This document shows positions 9,062 to 18,663 of a DNA stretch of 64,000 nucleotides, piece by piece. Positions within the stretch are counted from its first letter, which is position 1; every line of letters begins with the position of its first letter. A program made the translations under genes and the position numbers. Location of the stretch: the NCBI GenBank assembly GCA_038061795.1, contig JBBTYL010000002.1, forward strand, positions 13,193-77,192. The letters are read 5' to 3'. The notes under the pieces are model-generated. The model was not told the DNA's origin, searched no databases, and saw only the letters and a program-made list of their open reading frames with translations. The stretch comes from Patescibacteria group bacterium (GTDB lineage: Bacteria > Patescibacteriota > Minisyncoccia > Phycocordibacterales > PALSA-1337).

Positions 9062-9616
9062 CTAGAGATGGCTCTCTTTCAAGGCTTGGTTTATGGCCTT
9101 CAGCATATCTGACTTGAACTTCCTGGAGACACCGATAATGTCCCGATCAATTGAATTGCCATTTAAAAACACTGCAAGCCGATCGATTGGCCTGATATAC
9201 CCAAGCACATTAAGGATTCTCAGCACTGTCAGGCATTCTATGCATTCGAAATCCTCTTCTTTCACATCCGTCCGATACAATTCTTTCAAAATCTCGAAAA
9301 GTCTCTCGTTTTTATCCTCTCCCTGCAGGAGCCGCTTCAACAATTTAAGTATTTTCAAATGAACGAGCGTGCTTGGGGCATGTTCAAGCTCGTGTGCGCC
9401 AGTAACTCTCCAGACCTCCTTTCCGCGCACGACGGAAACATTCGAAAAATTAAAATCCTGCATGTGGTAGCGGAGCTTCGACGTTCCGAGCCGTATTCCC
9501 TGCGCAGTAGCGCCGATCATCCCGAAATCCTTGGTAAAAAGCAACAAGAATTTCCCCGCTTCCCCATGCGGAGAGCTGTGAATGATGAAAGCGGGTGTTG
9601 TGTAGATGTGGTGCAT
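9062..9616 (-). CDS. recO: DNA repair protein RecO (short form)
   Basis: GEA.KFLLLFTKDFG.I.A.AQGIR...SKLR OB-fold N-terminus; LRILNVLGY. Confidence 0.8.
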   Translation of the reverse strand: MHHIYTTPAFIIHSSPHGEAGKFLLLFTKDFGMIGATAQGIRLGTSKLRYHMQDFNFSNVSVVRGKEVWRVTGAHELEHAPSTLVHLKILKLLKRLLQGEDKNERLFEILKELYRTDVKEEDFECIECLTVLRILNVLGYIRPIDRLAVFLNGNSIDRDIIGVSRKFKSDMLKAINQALKESHL

Positions 9617-9674
9617 GGAAAACGCTTTATTTAAGCCTTCTTATTGTAAGTCATTTGAAGTAATTAAGGGATGC

Positions 9675-9703
9675 TTGACAAATAGATTTAAGAATGTTAC
9701 CAT
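9675..9703 (+). promoter_or_regulatory. sigma70-type promoter of intergenic RNA
   Basis: TTGACA-N17-TACCAT with TG extension. Confidence 0.75.
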
Positions 9704-9709
9704 ATGGCC

Positions 9710-10047
9710 TGGTGCGGTTGGACAGTTACAATCCGCTTACGACGCAGTGTGTCCTCAGCAGTGCGTTGTACGGTAGAAAATGAGGAATTTTGACAACAAT
9801 CGGCGCGCGGCGGACATTTCAACGCGCCGACCGAAAATGGCTACTAAGGATGAGGGTGGACTTTGCCGGACTTCGGTCCAACCACGCTCATAGCCCGTTT
9901 CCCTTCTATGCAACGGCGCAGGGAGGATTGAAACGCATCACGTCTGCAGCGATGATGAGGCGACCACCAATATATTTGCTCGAGGTGGATTGTTCGACCG
10001 GTTTGTGGGCGTGTCGTTGACTTCAAGTCGACGCACGCCCCTTTTTT
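9710..10047 (+). ncRNA. Unidentified ~340-nt structured RNA
   Basis: Own promoter; 5'/3' closing helix (9715-9727 with 9988-10000); stems TACGACGCA/TGCGTTGTA, TCGGCGCG/CGCGCCGA, GGCTA/TAGCC; terminator 10007-10047; no credible ORF. Confidence 0.6.
10007..10047 (+). terminator. Intrinsic terminator
   Basis: GGGCGTG(T)CGTTGAC-TTCAA-GTCGACGCACGCCC followed by CTTTTTT. Confidence 0.75.
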
Positions 10048-13000
10048 ATTTCTCAATATCCAACTTCGCAGAGAATTCCCCTATAGCAGTTGACTCTCCT
10101 TCAATCGATTTTAAAACAATATCCTTCAACCCCGTTGCGCTTGAGAGAGCGCTTTTATTTTTTTCAATTATATCTGCGAGCACAGCGTCCGTATCGACAG
10201 TCAAAATCGCCCGATCTTGTATTGTAAGGCCTTTTTCTTTTCTCAAATCCTGAATAGCTCGGATAAGCTCCCGCACAGTTCCCTCCTCTTTCAATTCTGG
10301 CGTAAGTGCGACGTCGAGAATCACCTCTTCGTTAAGCGAAGGATTCTGAAGAATTTCTTTTACGTTAACTTCGTCCTTGACTAGATCTGCAAGCGCTGTC
10401 GGCAACGTCGCCTTTATCGCAAGCTTTGTAAGCGGCTGCCGGACATTTATTTTCTCCTTCATGCGTGCCTCAAGGCCAAGCGATGCAAACGTGCGAACTT
10501 TCTGCATATTTGCGATGACTGATTCATCAACCTTAGGATATGATGGCCATGATTCGAGATGTACGCTCTCTTCAGGACCTTTCAATCGCAAATAGACATC
10601 CTCTGCAGTAAACGGCATGAGCGGCGCGATAAGTTTTGCGAAATCAATCAGGACATTTCGAGTCGTATAAAGCGCCATCTCCTTGTCTGCGACATTTTCA
10701 CCCTTGAAGCGATCTCGCGAACGGCGGAGATACCATGTAGAAAGGTCATCGATAAACTGCGCAAATGGCCTTGCCGCTCGATCGATCTCATATTTTTCAA
10801 GCGCATCAGTGACTTCTTTTGCAAGTTCTGCGAGCCTCGTCATGATCCAGATATCGAGAACGTGCGTACTCTTTGTTTCAGAAAGCTTTCCATCTGCTGG
10901 TGCATACATCTCATAGAAAGAGACTACGTTATTGAGGCGTCCGATGTGCTTCTTTACGACTTCATCCACCCCCTTTTCTGAGAAAGCGAAATCCTGCCCC
11001 TTCACGATTGGCGATGACATAAGGAAATAGCGGAGCGCATCTGCGCCGTATTTGTTCACGATAAGCATAAGATCGGGATAATTCTTCTCGCGCTTCGACA
11101 TCTTTCGTCCGTCTTCCGCAAGTACAAGTCCATTCACGACCACCCTCTTGTAAGGAGATTTTCCAAACAGCGCGACTCCGAGCACGATCATAGAATAGAA
11201 CCATCCTCGTGTCTGATCTAGTCCTTCTGCGATAAAATCTGCTGGGTAGCCTTTTGTCTTTCCAAGAATCTTGCTGAACGGTCCTGGTTTAGGATTAAAA
11301 TCGTCTTTGCTAAAAGGATAATGAGCCTCGCCAAATGGCATTGCTCCAGACTCGAACCAACAATCAAATACCTCTGGGATGCGTGTCATCTTGTTCCCCT
11401 TTTCAGAAACAAGTTCTATATCATCGATGAACGGCCTGTGAAGCTCAACTTCATATTCGTCATTGTGTGGTAATGGAGAAAAATCAAGCTTACGAGGCTT
11501 TGCGTTTATATTGAAATGGTCGCTGGTGCCTCGAAGCGCAATCGACTGCTCCCTATCGAGTCCCTGCGCTGCGGCATCAAGAAGAAAGAGCGGCGTATCA
11601 TGAGAAACGATAAGAATATTCTTGCCTTCATATTTCTTTTCAAGGCTGTAAAGAAAATCCCCCACGCGCTTCTTTATGTCAGCGTAGTTTTCTCCGCCTT
11701 CGGGAGTCTCCGTAAAACGGCTCTCGTGTCCAAAACTCGAAATAAAATCATTGAAACCTTTTCCATTCCATATTCCGGTATTAATCTCGCAGATCTTCGG
11801 CTCAGAAATTATCTTTTTCTTATCGATTCCGATCTTCTTTGCGATTATCTCCGCGGTCTCTCGCGTCCTGACAAAAGGAGACGTGAAAATAAGATCGATT
11901 TTTTTGCTTGTAAGCCATTTCCCAGCATCCTCAGCTTGTTTCTTTCCCTTGTCAGTGAGGTGATGCGGATTTTCTGCCAACGAACTGATAATCATCTTGG
12001 CATTATTTTCCGCCTCCCCATGGCGGCAAACATAGTATGTATTCTTTGCCTTGCTATGTTTCTTGAGGTCCTCAACTGAACCAAGAACTTTGCACTCCCC
12101 TGTCTTGTCATCTTTCCAGACCGGAAGAGGGGCACCCCAGAAGCGTGAACGTGAAATCGCCCAGTCCCGCGCGCCAAGCAGCCAATTTCCAAATCTACCT
12201 TCTCCGATTTCAGCAGGAACCCATTCAACTTTCTTGTTTTCATTTACAAGCTTGTCTCGCAATGCTGTAACTTTTACGAACCATGATGAAGAGGCGTAAT
12301 TCAGAAGCGGAGTATCGCATCTCCAACAGTGTGGATATGAGTGGATTAATTTTTCTTTAGCAAAAAGCCTCTCTTTCTTTGCAAGATACTTTATGATTTC
12401 GACATCAGCTTTCTGGTGGGCATCTTTTTCTTCCAGAGTGTCTTTTGGCTTTACGAGCTGTCCGGCAAAATCGGTGACTTCGGGCCTGAATACACCACTT
12501 GTCGTGACATGCTGAACGAATGGGAGATTGTGCTTCAATGAAAGCTCATAGTCGTCAGCACCGAATGCCGGAGCGATATGCACGATTCCGGATCCGTCCT
12601 CTGTAGTCACGAATTCAGCGCCATAGACTTTCCAGCCGTTCTCAGCGTTTTTGAGCTTCTTGTCTTTCGAATAATAATCAAAAACTGGTTCATACGATTT
12701 TCCAACGAGTTCAGAGCCCTTAACTGTTTCCACAATCTTATATTTTGTATCTTTAAGCACTGACAATCTAGACTTTGCTAAAATATATTCTTCCTTAATT
12801 AATTCAAGTTCTGTTGGAAAAGATTTATTTGCCTCAAAAGATTCTTCAAATGTTTTACCTTGTGCATCAACTCCTTTGAATATTTTTATTTTTACATATT
12901 CAATTTCTGGATTTATCGCAAGCGCGACATTTCCTGGAAGCGTCCAAGGCGTCGTCGTCCATGCGAGAAAAAAAGTATCCGGCGCATCAGATAACTTGAA

Positions 13001-13651
13001 CTTAACATACACGGAAATATCTGTGATGTCCTTGTAGCCCTGGCTGACCTCGAAGTTTGAGAGCGTCGTCTCGCATCGAGGACAGAGATTCATTGACTTG
13101 AAACCTTCGTAGATCAAGCCTTTCTTGTGGAGCTGAGAAAATGCCCACCAGACAGACTCGGTGTATGTCGCATCCATCGTACGGTAATCGTCCTCCATAT
13201 CAACCCATCGTCCAAGTCGAGGAATGATTTTTCTCCAATCATCCGCATAGCGCATGACGCTTCCCTTCGCCATCGCATTGAACTTTCCAACACCGTAGTC
13301 AACAATATCTTTTTTTGAAGCAAGACCAAGTTCTTTTTCAATAATATTTTCTACTGGCAATCCGTGGCAGTCCCATCCCCATCGTCGACGGACCTTATAG
13401 CCCTGCATGGTCTTGTAGCGTGGAATGATGTCCTTTATGGTTCCGGGTACGACGTGTCCATAGTGCGGCTCGCCAGTAGCGAACGGAGGCCCGTCATAGA
13501 ATACAAAATCGCCCCGGTATTCTCTATCGGGTGCTTCTTGCGCAAGGGTTTTCTTGAAAATGCTATTCTTTTCCCAGAAAGCTAGTATCTTTTCTTCCGT
13601 TTCTGCTACTTTGCTCTTAGGGGGTTTCTCTAAAGGTTTTTCTTCAGACAT
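10046..13651 (-). CDS. ileS: Isoleucine--tRNA ligase (type 2) with inserted histidine-phosphatase domain
   Basis: DGPPFATGEPHYGH, GWDCHGLP, WTTTPWTLP, EGLDQTRGWF, KMSKR; insert with RHGE at aa 543, SPFVRTRETA, IVSH. Confidence 0.96.
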   Translation of the reverse strand: MSEEKPLEKPPKSKVAETEEKILAFWEKNSIFKKTLAQEAPDREYRGDFVFYDGPPFATGEPHYGHVVPGTIKDIIPRYKTMQGYKVRRRWGWDCHGLPVENIIEKELGLASKKDIVDYGVGKFNAMAKGSVMRYADDWRKIIPRLGRWVDMEDDYRTMDATYTESVWWAFSQLHKKGLIYEGFKSMNLCPRCETTLSNFEVSQGYKDITDISVYVKFKLSDAPDTFFLAWTTTPWTLPGNVALAINPEIEYVKIKIFKGVDAQGKTFEESFEANKSFPTELELIKEEYILAKSRLSVLKDTKYKIVETVKGSELVGKSYEPVFDYYSKDKKLKNAENGWKVYGAEFVTTEDGSGIVHIAPAFGADDYELSLKHNLPFVQHVTTSGVFRPEVTDFAGQLVKPKDTLEEKDAHQKADVEIIKYLAKKERLFAKEKLIHSYPHCWRCDTPLLNYASSSWFVKVTALRDKLVNENKKVEWVPAEIGEGRFGNWLLGARDWAISRSRFWGAPLPVWKDDKTGECKVLGSVEDLKKHSKAKNTYYVCRHGEAENNAKMIISSLAENPHHLTDKGKKQAEDAGKWLTSKKIDLIFTSPFVRTRETAEIIAKKIGIDKKKIISEPKICEINTGIWNGKGFNDFISSFGHESRFTETPEGGENYADIKKRVGDFLYSLEKKYEGKNILIVSHDTPLFLLDAAAQGLDREQSIALRGTSDHFNINAKPRKLDFSPLPHNDEYEVELHRPFIDDIELVSEKGNKMTRIPEVFDCWFESGAMPFGEAHYPFSKDDFNPKPGPFSKILGKTKGYPADFIAEGLDQTRGWFYSMIVLGVALFGKSPYKRVVVNGLVLAEDGRKMSKREKNYPDLMLIVNKYGADALRYFLMSSPIVKGQDFAFSEKGVDEVVKKHIGRLNNVVSFYEMYAPADGKLSETKSTHVLDIWIMTRLAELAKEVTDALEKYEIDRAARPFAQFIDDLSTWYLRRSRDRFKGENVADKEMALYTTRNVLIDFAKLIAPLMPFTAEDVYLRLKGPEESVHLESWPSYPKVDESVIANMQKVRTFASLGLEARMKEKINVRQPLTKLAIKATLPTALADLVKDEVNVKEILQNPSLNEEVILDVALTPELKEEGTVRELIRAIQDLRKEKGLTIQDRAILTVDTDAVLADIIEKNKSALSSATGLKDIVLKSIEGESTAIGEFSAKLDIEK

Positions 13652-13688
13652 GAGACCATGTTATCACTTTCTAACCTTTTTTTCATCT

Positions 13689-15368
13689 CTACATCCTTTT
13701 CGGAATTTGTATGCCAAGAACCCAAAGCCCATTCGTCATGACATCTGAAAAAACTTTTGTAAGTGCGACACGGTATGTAGATACTGCGTCGCTCTCGCTG
13801 ATGATCTGGTTGTTCGCATAGTATGAATTAAAGGCGGAAGAAAGCTCGATCAAATACGTCACAATATGATGCGGAGCATACTCTGTCCGCGCTCTTTCGA
13901 CAACTTCTGGGAATCTCAAGACAAGCTTCTCAAGTGTCTCTACTTTTTCTGGTAATGTTGTAACCTCCTTCACGCCGCCAGCTTTTGCGAGAACCGCTCG
14001 AGCACGGACGACAGCGTATTGGAGGTAGGGACCGGAATCACCCTCGAACGAAAGGGCTTTGGTCGGATCATAAATTACATCGCCGCCAATAGCTTGACGG
14101 AGGATAGTGTATTTGAGTCCAGCGACGGCAACTTCCTTGCGAATTTCCATTTTTTCCGCATCGGTAAATTCCCTATCGCTTATCTTCTCATCGACGAGTG
14201 ATTCGAATTCTCCAATAAGCGTTTCTGCAGCCACGATGTTTCCTTTACGTGAAGACATTTTTCCAGTCGATGGGCGAAGAATTCCATGGCTGAGATGCTT
14301 CATTTTTTCAGCTTTTTCAGGAAAAATCGCCTTTATCGTAACGAGAAGGACTTTGAAATATGCATTCTGCTCATTTGCGGTAATAACGATTGATTCTGTC
14401 ATATCAGGATACTTTTTAAACTTCAAATCCGTAAGCCCGAGCTCCTTTGCCTCGTACGTCGGCAAGCCTTGAGAATTGATGAAGACTCGCGTATGTTCCC
14501 CGTATTTTTCTCCAGGAAAAACGACTGCGCCCTCGCTCTCCTCAAAGACTCCCTCCTTGAGGAATTCCCTTACGATTTTTATTCCATCATCAGCGACCTG
14601 GCTTTCAAAAAAGAATTCATCGAACCTGGTTCCGAGCCTCTTGTAGACAGAATCGAAATATTCAAGGCTTAATTTCCTCCCGGCATCGTATATCTTGTTG
14701 ATTTCAGGATCTGATTTTTCAAAAACTTTCTTGTTCACGTCGGCAATCTCTTTTTTTGCAATCTCATCAGATTCATATTGGGCGGAACCGAAGACATATC
14801 TGTCTCCAAGATATTTAATATCGTCCTTATAGCTGCCGTCCTTCTGAATCGCCCAGATAGTCTTTGCAACATGAAGCCCGACATCGCCCTGATAGCAGGC
14901 ACGGATGACTTTCGCCCCTGAAAATTCGACAAGACGCGAGATCGATTCTCCGATCGTATTTGCCATGAGGTGACCGATATGGAAAATCTTGAAAGGATTC
15001 GGGTCGGTGTGTTCGACCATGATCTCCTTCCCCTTGTCAATTGAAAGCTTCCCAAAATTTTCGGCATCTTTTGAAATCCTAAGTATTTCTTTTGAAAAAT
15101 ACGAATCCACGACTTTGAAATTAATGAAACCTTGACCGGCAATCTCTATCGAGGCTATGTCTGCAGGAAGATTCTTTTTGCACTCATCAACGATCTTTTC
15201 TGCAAGAATCTTGGGTGAGATCTTCAGGGATTTCGAATGCATCATGGCAACATTCGATGAAAAATCGCCGTGAGACATGTCTTCTGGGTGTTCAAGACGA
15301 ATGGATGGGTCAGCAATGCCAATCTTTTGAGCCGCTTTTGCTAGCAATTCGATAATAACCTTATTCAT
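13689..15368 (-). CDS. argS: Arginine--tRNA ligase
   Basis: HGDFSSN, PNPFKIFHIGH, KMSSRKG, GDSGPYLQYA. Confidence 0.97.
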   Translation of the reverse strand: MNKVIIELLAKAAQKIGIADPSIRLEHPEDMSHGDFSSNVAMMHSKSLKISPKILAEKIVDECKKNLPADIASIEIAGQGFINFKVVDSYFSKEILRISKDAENFGKLSIDKGKEIMVEHTDPNPFKIFHIGHLMANTIGESISRLVEFSGAKVIRACYQGDVGLHVAKTIWAIQKDGSYKDDIKYLGDRYVFGSAQYESDEIAKKEIADVNKKVFEKSDPEINKIYDAGRKLSLEYFDSVYKRLGTRFDEFFFESQVADDGIKIVREFLKEGVFEESEGAVVFPGEKYGEHTRVFINSQGLPTYEAKELGLTDLKFKKYPDMTESIVITANEQNAYFKVLLVTIKAIFPEKAEKMKHLSHGILRPSTGKMSSRKGNIVAAETLIGEFESLVDEKISDREFTDAEKMEIRKEVAVAGLKYTILRQAIGGDVIYDPTKALSFEGDSGPYLQYAVVRARAVLAKAGGVKEVTTLPEKVETLEKLVLRFPEVVERARTEYAPHHIVTYLIELSSAFNSYYANNQIISESDAVSTYRVALTKVFSDVMTNGLWVLGIQIPKRM

Positions 15369-15440
15369 GGCTCAATTCTAGCACTAAAAGGCTGCTTCTA
15401 GCGAGAAAGTTGACTTTTTCTATATATCTGTTATATTCAA

Positions 15441-15527
15441 CACGGGGTGGAAACGCGCAAGTTCCTCAACCGTGCGTTTGGGCTCGTAGTCTGTAGCTGT
15501 GGGGGCAGCACAGGGTACGAGCCTTTT
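15441..15527 (+). ncRNA. Candidate ~90-nt small RNA between argS and glyA
   Basis: TTGACT(15410)-N16-TATATT(15432) with TG; hairpin CACGG..GGAA..TTCC..CCGTG, then long hairpin GGCTCGTA..TACGAGCC plus TTTT. Confidence 0.45.
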
Positions 15528-16700
15528 CTATTTCCTCAAAATCGCATCGATCCGTTCAGCGATTTTTTTCATGTCTTTTTCCTTCTTGCCTCGAGTCGTT
15601 TCTGCTGCGGTTCCGAGCCTGATACCTGAAGGATCAGCGGGCGGTCGGGTATCAAAAGGTATCGCATTCTTATTCACGATTATCCCCTCTTTCTCAAGCC
15701 TATCACTTGCATCCTTTCCAGAAATTCCTTTTCCTTCCATCCATGTATCGACAAGAACAAGATGACTGTCAGTACCTCCTGAAATTATTTTCCAGCCTTT
15801 CTTGTCGAGCTCATTTGCAAGCGTCTTTGCATTTTTCTTTATCTGAGAAGCATATTTTTTAAAAGCGGGGGCGGCTGCTTCTTTTAGAGCGACTGCCACA
15901 GCGGCAATTTGGTTTTCATGCGGACCTCCCTGAAGTCCAGGAAAAACAGCGCGATCTATTTTCTTTCCGAGTTCTCTGGTATCTGCCTTTGAAAAAATAA
16001 TAGCGCTTCGTGGGCCACGGAGAGTCTTGTGAACGGTCGTAGTGACAATATCCGCATACTCAAATGGCGAAGGATATTCCCTTCCCGCAATAAGTCCTGC
16101 AATATGAGACATATCTATCATAAGCAATGCCCCACTCACATCGGCCGCTTCTCGCAATTTCTTGAAATCAATCTGTCGCGGATATGCAGTATATCCTCCA
16201 ACTATAATCGCTGGTTTTTCTCGTATCGCGATTTCTTTTAACTCATTATAATCAAGGACTTCGGTAAGCTTGTTCACTCCATACGGTACTTGAGTCCAAA
16301 ATTTTCCTGTAGCTGAGACTTTGTGGCCATGCGTGAGATGTCCTCCCTGATCAAGAGACATGCCCATGATTTTTCCTCCTTGCGGTACGAGGGCGACATA
16401 TACTGCCAAGTTTGCTGGGGACCCAGAAAGCGCCTGCACATTCACATTCCATTCGGTTTCTTTTAGGCCAAAAAGCTTCAAAGCTCTCTCAATTGCAAGA
16501 GATTCTACTTTATCGACAACTTCGTTTCCACCATAGTAGCGCTTGCCTGGGTAGCCTTCAGCGTATTTGTTCGTGAGCTCGGAGCCGAGCGCCTCAAGGA
16601 CGTCCTTCGATACGTAGTTTTCTGAGGCGATAAGATTGATGACTTTCTTCTGCCTCTTCTTTTCAGCATCTAGTAGCTTCTTGATCTGTATGTCTTTCAT
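15528..16700 (-). CDS. glyA: Serine hydroxymethyltransferase
   Basis: LIASEN, NKYAEGYPGKRYYGG, TTTVHKTLRGPR, PGLQGGP. Confidence 0.98.
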   Translation of the reverse strand: MKDIQIKKLLDAEKKRQKKVINLIASENYVSKDVLEALGSELTNKYAEGYPGKRYYGGNEVVDKVESLAIERALKLFGLKETEWNVNVQALSGSPANLAVYVALVPQGGKIMGMSLDQGGHLTHGHKVSATGKFWTQVPYGVNKLTEVLDYNELKEIAIREKPAIIVGGYTAYPRQIDFKKLREAADVSGALLMIDMSHIAGLIAGREYPSPFEYADIVTTTVHKTLRGPRSAIIFSKADTRELGKKIDRAVFPGLQGGPHENQIAAVAVALKEAAAPAFKKYASQIKKNAKTLANELDKKGWKIISGGTDSHLVLVDTWMEGKGISGKDASDRLEKEGIIVNKNAIPFDTRPPADPSGIRLGTAAETTRGKKEKDMKKIAERIDAILRK

Positions 16701-16709
16701 GGGCTTATC

Positions 16710-17180
16710 TTATTCCACAAGCGGTTCAATTGCAAAGTCCTTCCTTAATGAGTCATCATTATTGAATGCAAAGTGGCATCGGACTTTTTCGCCAGCCAAA
16801 ACCTTCGGCAGCCAATGCACATCATCAGGCCACATCTTGTCGAAAGGCAAAGCGTCTTTAGAGCACCATTCTGGCCTCATCTCTTCTGTTTCTGTCGGCT
16901 CTCCTTCCCATTCGGATGTGAGATAGACATGGCATTCCTGATTCCACTCCGGCTTCGTATCAAAACTGAAATGCAAGATGGCAACTTTCTCGAGCTTGTC
17001 TTCTTCAAGGGTCACTTCGATTTCCTCAAATGCCTCCCTGACAATAGCTTGCTCTGGAGTTTCATCTCCCTGTACTTTGCCTCCAACCCCATTCATCCTT
17101 CCCTCGCCAAATCCCCTCTTTTTCATGGCGAGCAGTAGATCCGTCTCAGTTTGCAGGAAACAAAGCGTTGTTATTTTCAT
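16710..17180 (-). CDS. Nudix hydrolase, MTH1/NUDT1-like
   Basis: KKRGFG, GGKV..DET.EQAI.REAFEE Nudix box, EEMRPEW, MWPDD. Confidence 0.9.
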   Translation of the reverse strand: MKITTLCFLQTETDLLLAMKKRGFGEGRMNGVGGKVQGDETPEQAIVREAFEEIEVTLEEDKLEKVAILHFSFDTKPEWNQECHVYLTSEWEGEPTETEEMRPEWCSKDALPFDKMWPDDVHWLPKVLAGEKVRCHFAFNNDDSLRKDFAIEPLVE

Positions 17181-17815
17181 ATGATTGAATTAATTAAATC
17201 TGCAAAATCCTTTTCGACTTTTTCAAAAGACTGGTTTGCATCTATGATCTTATGCGGCACTTTCTGAAAAAATTTAAGATATCCCTCGCGTACCAACGTA
17301 TGAAAATCTATTTCACGGTCATCAAAATGATCATATTGCTTTCCTTGAAGCAACGATTGGTTTCTCGAATTTGCCCTTCTCACCCCTTCTTTCGGCTCAA
17401 CATCAAAAAATATATAGAGGTCTGGTTTGACTGACAGATGATCTCTGAGATCCCAGAAAAGCTTTTCTAGCTTGCCTTTCGACTGTGCATGAACCTGATA
17501 AGCGTACGAAGACGCATCAAATCTATCAGTAATGATTGTGGTGCCTTTTTTCAAGGCTGGCCTGATCATATTTTCGCTGTTATCATAACGGGCTGCGAAC
17601 ATAAGGCAGAGCGTCGTCTCGACAGGAGCGGTCTTTGCCAAAGGATTCTTGAGCGTCGCTTCACGAATGACCTCTGCGTAGGGGGTTCCTCCAGGTTCTC
17701 GCGTTGTCATGATTGAATCACCAAGCCTTTCCTTGAGTCGCATCAGCATGCTGGATTTTCCAGATCCTTCTCCTCCTTCGATCACTATGAATTTCGGCTT
17801 GAGGTTTTGCATCAT
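17177..17815 (-). CDS. tmk: Thymidylate kinase
   Basis: FIVIEGGEGSGKS, TREPGG, DRFDASSYAYQ. Confidence 0.93.
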   Translation of the reverse strand: MMQNLKPKFIVIEGGEGSGKSSMLMRLKERLGDSIMTTREPGGTPYAEVIREATLKNPLAKTAPVETTLCLMFAARYDNSENMIRPALKKGTTIITDRFDASSYAYQVHAQSKGKLEKLFWDLRDHLSVKPDLYIFFDVEPKEGVRRANSRNQSLLQGKQYDHFDDREIDFHTLVREGYLKFFQKVPHKIIDANQSFEKVEKDFADLINSII

Positions 17816-18237
17816 TGAAGTAATTGTATAACTTTTTGAAACACCTCATCAAATGAGTCGTATCTTACGAATTTAAAATTCTTATGATTTACTCCAGTAA
17901 TAAGCTTGCTGACCATGCTGTTTTTATGCGCAACAGCAAGTACAGGTATGCCTCTTTTTTCTATAGCGGTTGCCATTTCGTAGCCAAGACCAAGAGAAGG
18001 ATAGTCACAAATTGCCAACATGCAGTCTGCCACCATGACGCACTCCTCGATATCTACCCTATAAACTTCTTCAGGCGTTGCTTTTGATGGGTCCATTCTT
18101 ACCCAAAAAAATTCAAGAATTTCAAAAGAATCCTTTATCTTTTCCTTAAGCTTAGAGATATTTTCAAGAAGATTAGTTCTGTCTTCTAAGGATAAACTGC
18201 TGAGCGCACAGCCGATATAGATTTTTTTCTTTTTCAT
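17812..18237 (-). CDS. Nucleoside 2'-deoxyribosyltransferase-family protein (DNPH1/Rcl/MilB-like N-glycosidase)
   Basis: KIYIG N-terminus, VYRVD, AD....PSLGLGYE motif with catalytic Glu, PVL. Confidence 0.75.
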   Translation of the reverse strand: MKKKKIYIGCALSSLSLEDRTNLLENISKLKEKIKDSFEILEFFWVRMDPSKATPEEVYRVDIEECVMVADCMLAICDYPSLGLGYEMATAIEKRGIPVLAVAHKNSMVSKLITGVNHKNFKFVRYDSFDEVFQKVIQLLQ

Positions 18238-18239
18238 AT

Positions 18240-18663
18240 TTATTTTCCTGTACTTCCAAATCCTCCAGAACCACGATCAGTCTGGTTCAGTTCACCAACC
18301 TCTTCAAATTGAACACTCTCCACTTTCTGAATAAGTAGCTGGGCAACCTTGTGACCTTTCTCAAATTTAAAACTTTCATTAGCAAGATTCATAAGTCCAA
18401 CATGAAGCTCGCCCCTATACCCAGAATCGATAACGCCTCCAAAAGTTTTTATTCCGTATTTATGTGAAAGACCGCTCTTATCCCAAATCAAACCGACATA
18501 GCCGTCTGGAATCTCTATAGCGATTCCTATTGAAATTGATTTTCTTTCATTCGGAGCCATTTCAAATGCATCAATCGCAAACAAATCCATTCCCGCGTCT
18601 GTTGCATGAGCATGCTTTGGAATTATTGCATCTGGATGAATTTTTTTAATCTTAAGTTTCATG
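18240..18663 (-). CDS. dut: dUTP diphosphatase (trimeric)
   Basis: AGMDL, KSGL, GVIDSGYRGE, KVAQL, RGSGGFGSTG; start moved to MKLKIKK. Confidence 0.95.

Noticed and set aside
9710-10047. RNase P RNA, or the missing mRNA-like half of a split tmRNA
   Set aside because: P4 consensus is absent; no tag-like ORF ending in a stop after the first pseudoknot; no convincing complementarity to either tRNA-like RNA.
15481-15523. SRP 4.5S RNA
   Set aside because: Has GCAGC but lacks the CAGG..GNRA..AGCA symmetric loop.
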